IMG/VR virus record: IMGVR_UViG_2718218139_000003
Direction: 5' to 3' (one strand)
DNA from: a virus
Lineage: Duplodnaviria; Heunggongvirae; Uroviricota; Caudoviricetes
Length of the DNA: 37,100 nucleotides
The stretch's first letter is position 1, and every line of letters starts with the position of its first letter. A program made the position numbers and the translations under genes. Positions 34,304 through 37,100 of this stretch are shown here, piece by piece. Below the pieces are notes generated by a model. The model saw only the letters and a list, made by a program, of their open reading frames with translations, was not told the DNA's origin and did not search any database.

Positions 34304-34642
34304 TTAATCTGCTTTCTGAATTTCAGCTTCTGAATCCATACAAATAATTTCGATATAGGGTTCATCGCCATTAACCTGACGTGCCTTTTCAGCTTCGCTA
34401 ATGATTTCTCGTACGGTCTGGTACGGAAGCTCCACAGTCAGGCGCGTACCGTTCAGATAAACGTAAGTAGCTGCGTTTTTTTCGGATGGAACAACTCCGT
34501 CAATGGCTGATGCGCGTAATAACAGTTCACCGCGAAAATCAATAAAACGGATAAATACACCTTGTGCATGCTCTTTGGTCATAAAGCACCTGTTATAAAT
34601 CAGCCTGTTTAATAAAACTTTGCCCGCGAAGCAGACGATCAA
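34304..34642 (-). CDS. Hypothetical early-operon protein (alternative start MTKEH at 34582)
   Basis: ORF in operon context. Confidence 0.4.
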   Translation of the reverse strand: MIVCFAGKVLLNRLIYNRCFMTKEHAQGVFIRFIDFRGELLLRASAIDGVVPSEKNAATYVYLNGTRLTVELPYQTVREIISEAEKARQVNGDEPYIEIICMDSEAEIQKAD

Positions 34643-35078
34643 CCGTGCGAAGTGCTTCGTATAATGTGAAATCCTGCCCGAAGTGATTGTCGCCGCAGCT
34701 CAATGCAAAAATGCGGTTTCCGGTAAACGGATTGCGTGGGCATTTGTGGACCACGATTCCAGCTTTCTCAATCAGCCAGGCATGCTCGCCGATTTGTTTT
34801 ACAGCGTGGCCATCCGGTGTTGCGTGTGTTTCGCTCAGGCTGTAGCGATAGTTGCTACGCGATGCACTGGTAGCGAAACGGTTAGCATGGCGTTCCGCCC
34901 CGTTGCGGAAGCGTTGCTGTGAAGAATTGCACTGTTGCTTCATGTCAAAAACTCCGTACCTATTTACTTCCCCGGCATAACGCCCATTTTCAAAGTAATT
35001 GCGACGAAATCCCGTGTTATGTGGCTTGCCATTTCGCTGTTGCTTATTCATTTTTCGCGCCTCTACCCGATGAGCCAA
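34593..35078 (-). CDS. Hypothetical early-operon protein, about 161 aa; occupies the position of P2 replication gene B
   Basis: ORF; position third in the early operon. Confidence 0.4.
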   Translation of the reverse strand: MAHRVEARKMNKQQRNGKPHNTGFRRNYFENGRYAGEVNRYGVFDMKQQCNSSQQRFRNGAERHANRFATSASRSNYRYSLSETHATPDGHAVKQIGEHAWLIEKAGIVVHKCPRNPFTGNRIFALSCGDNHFGQDFTLYEALRTVDRLLRGQSFIKQADL

Positions 35079-35269
35079 ATAACAAACGCCATGAGCACCG
35101 CGCCAATGGTGATCGGAAAAAGACCTCTGGCATAAGCGGCGAGGTAATGAACGTTGAGAACAATAAAGCGTTCTTTTTGTCCTGTTAGCTTGCTAAGCAG
35201 ATAAATCGCTATTACACCCACTTCTAGGAACACAAGGTCCAAAATGGCGCTGGTGATATTGCTGGTCAT
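35063..35269 (-). CDS. Small membrane protein, 68 aa (two hydrophobic helices)
   Basis: ORF; hydrophobic composition. Confidence 0.4.
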   Translation of the reverse strand: MTSNITSAILDLVFLEVGVIAIYLLSKLTGQKERFIVLNVHYLAAYARGLFPITIGAVLMAFVIWLIG

Positions 35270-35275
35270 TTATGA

Positions 35276-35563
35276 TTAAAGCCCCAGCCACAACAACCAG
35301 GCATCGCGGCGTTCTTTCGGCTGATCAAAAAACGCTTTGCGCATACCTGCGTTAAATGCTGGCAGATATACCCAGTTTTCTGATGCTCGCGTCTTCACTG
35401 AACCTGGTTTCACAAAGTCAATCGTTGGTAACTTTGCAGCGTCAATCATGGTTCTGACGGTTGATTCTTTGCGACCAATCATCTTGGCAAATAGTTGATA
35501 TGGCACCGCTTCAAGTGGATATGGTGCTACCTGAATGAACCCCTCAAGCTCTGATTCGCTCAT
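35276..35563 (-). CDS. Cox/Apl-like small DNA-binding regulator (first gene of early operon)
   Basis: 95 aa, divergent from the repressor gene; helix-turn-helix-like AKMIGRKESTVRTMIDAAKLP. Confidence 0.5.
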   Translation of the reverse strand: MSESELEGFIQVAPYPLEAVPYQLFAKMIGRKESTVRTMIDAAKLPTIDFVKPGSVKTRASENWVYLPAFNAGMRKAFFDQPKERRDAWLLWLGL

Positions 35564-35660
35564 TGTGGTAATCTCCTTAATTCGTCCAAATGGCCCAAAA
35601 TGGCTTATATAGGCTTATTTTGGCTATTTGAATGTTTTGTATTACATGTAACCCAATAGC
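35564..35660. promoter_or_regulatory. Lysis-lysogeny switch region with divergent promoters; three direct repeats of GGCTTAT(T)/GGCTATT as candidate repressor operator
   Basis: aaatGGCTTATAtaGGCTTATTtTGGCTATTtg between the divergently oriented cox-like and C-like genes. Confidence 0.45.
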
Positions 35661-35999
35661 GTGGAGTTTAGATCACATATGATCCATAAATCAAGCCTTG
35701 GAGAAAAACTTCGCCTGATTCGAGAGGCAGAGGGATTGTCACGTAGAGAGATGGAAGAGGTGACAGGGGTATCTCAAAACAATCTCAAAAATTATGAAAT
35801 ATTGGGAAGAATGATACCTGGAGAAACGCTACTCCTGATTTTGAATCATCCTCGTTTTCGGAAGTATTCGGATTGGGTGATGTTTAATCAAACTAATGCT
35901 GCGACGGGGCAGATTGCTCCGCCTCTCTCTCTTGATGGCTTCTTTGATTCGGAGGGCGATCAGGTTTCAACCGAAACAAACCAAAAATCACCCCGCTAA
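35661..35999 (+). CDS. Immunity repressor (P2 C-like, XRE-family helix-turn-helix)
   Basis: HTH LGEKLRLIREAEGLSRREMEEVTGVSQNNLKNYE; located upstream of the integrase and divergent from the early operon. Confidence 0.65.
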   Translation: MEFRSHMIHKSSLGEKLRLIREAEGLSRREMEEVTGVSQNNLKNYEILGRMIPGETLLLILNHPRFRKYSDWVMFNQTNAATGQIAPPLSLDGFFDSEGDQVSTETNQKSPR

Positions 36000-36080
36000 G
36001 GCCAGAAAACTGGTTAGACCTGCTCTTTGTCTGGTCTGATTATTGCTGGAAAGAGGCTGGAGAAATTGTAGAGCGGTTCA

Positions 36081-37100
36081 TTGGAGGGCTTCGCAATGTC
36101 AATTAAGAAGCTCGAAGATGGTCGTTATTTGCTGGACATCAGGCCGAACGGACGCAAGGGAAAGCGCGTGCGTAAGGTATTTGACAAAAAATCGGTAGCG
36201 GTGGCCACTGAACGCTACATCATGGCGAACGCTGAAAAGCGGGAATATATACAGGGCTACCGTGATCGCCGAACGCTAAATGATTTGCTTGAGTTGTGGT
36301 GGATGTATCACGGTCAACATAGGCGTAAGGCGGAAGAAGACCGAAAACAACTGCGCAACATAATCAATGAGCTTGGCGCTGATATGCAGGCTGTGGATCT
36401 TGATAAGCTGAAAATTATCGCGTGGCGTTCTCAAAAGATAGCTGTTGGATTGAAACCGTCATCTGCTAACAGGTACATGAATCGGTTATCCGGAATGTTT
36501 ACCGTGCTGAAAAAAATAGGTCTTTGGGATGCAGAACATCCGGTAAGGGGAATTTCTATTCTTTATGTATCTCCACGAGAAATGGCGTTCCTGTCACAGA
36601 AGGAAGTGGCGCTATTGCTCGATACACTGGAGGGCGACTACTGGCGTGTTGCGCTTTTGTGTTTAAGCACAGGGGCGCGCTGGAGTGAAGCCTGTAAGCT
36701 TCGTGGTGAACAGATAGTTCATAACCGTGTAACGTTTCTTGAAACCAAAAATGGCCGAAAGAGAACAGTGCCAATTTCGCAGGCAGTTTGTGAGGCGATC
36801 AAAACCAGAGAAACAGGCGGCTTGTTTGAGGTGAAGTACCGGGAATTCTGCTTGGCGCTGAAAAGAGTTAAGCCCGATTTACCAAAAGGCCAGGCTGCAC
36901 ATGTGCTGCGGCATACGTTCGCCAGCCATTTTGTGATGAACGGAGGAAACATTATTGCGCTTCAGAAGATTCTTGGCCACGCAACCATTCAGCAAACAAT
37001 GGCATATGCACATTTTGCACCGGATTACCTGCAGGATGCGGTGGCCCTTAATCCGCTGAAAGGTGGCGTGAGTGTCCACGCAGTGTCCACGGGGGATTAA
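36081..37100 (+). CDS. int: Tyrosine site-specific integrase
   Basis: C-terminal catalytic region AHVLRHTFASHFVMNGGNIIALQKILGHATIQQTMAYAHF (R...HxxR...Y); adjacent to repressor at the prophage end. Confidence 0.8.
   Translation: MEGFAMSIKKLEDGRYLLDIRPNGRKGKRVRKVFDKKSVAVATERYIMANAEKREYIQGYRDRRTLNDLLELWWMYHGQHRRKAEEDRKQLRNIINELGADMQAVDLDKLKIIAWRSQKIAVGLKPSSANRYMNRLSGMFTVLKKIGLWDAEHPVRGISILYVSPREMAFLSQKEVALLLDTLEGDYWRVALLCLSTGARWSEACKLRGEQIVHNRVTFLETKNGRKRTVPISQAVCEAIKTRETGGLFEVKYREFCLALKRVKPDLPKGQAAHVLRHTFASHFVMNGGNIIALQKILGHATIQQTMAYAHFAPDYLQDAVALNPLKGGVSVHAVSTGD

Overview
The window reads as an enterobacterial (probably Shigella/E. coli) chromosome segment entering a degraded P2-like myovirus prophage; all calls rest on reading the sequence and recalled protein families, with no database search run. 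Host genes occupy 1-1935 (MFS transporter, an flk-like gene, and a pdxB start cut off after 7 codons). From about 1936 the DNA is foreign: a Com-like zinc finger overlapping a beta-class DNA methyltransferase with three clustered GATC sites upstream, then a hok/mok type I toxin remnant abutting an IS600-like element (3487-4750). The prophage carries tail genes FI'-FII-E/E'-T-U on the plus strand, inverted relative to the G-H-I-J-W-V-S-R-lysis-X-L-M-N-O block on the minus strand, followed by terminase P, portal Q, a cargo region, replication gene A split by a second inverted IS600 copy (28269-29532, 3-bp duplication GTG), an early operon, a C/cox-like switch and an integrase at the window end. 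The most interesting part is the cargo region between Q and A (24323-28083): a plasmid-type ParM/ParR-like actin segregation cassette with upstream repeats, a small protein whose C-terminus closely resembles the ClpX N-terminal zinc-binding domain, and three genes I cannot place. Other points of note are the AT-rich acetyltransferase gene between U and G, the frameshifted tail fibre gene H, and the absence of D, ogr and the FI 5' end.
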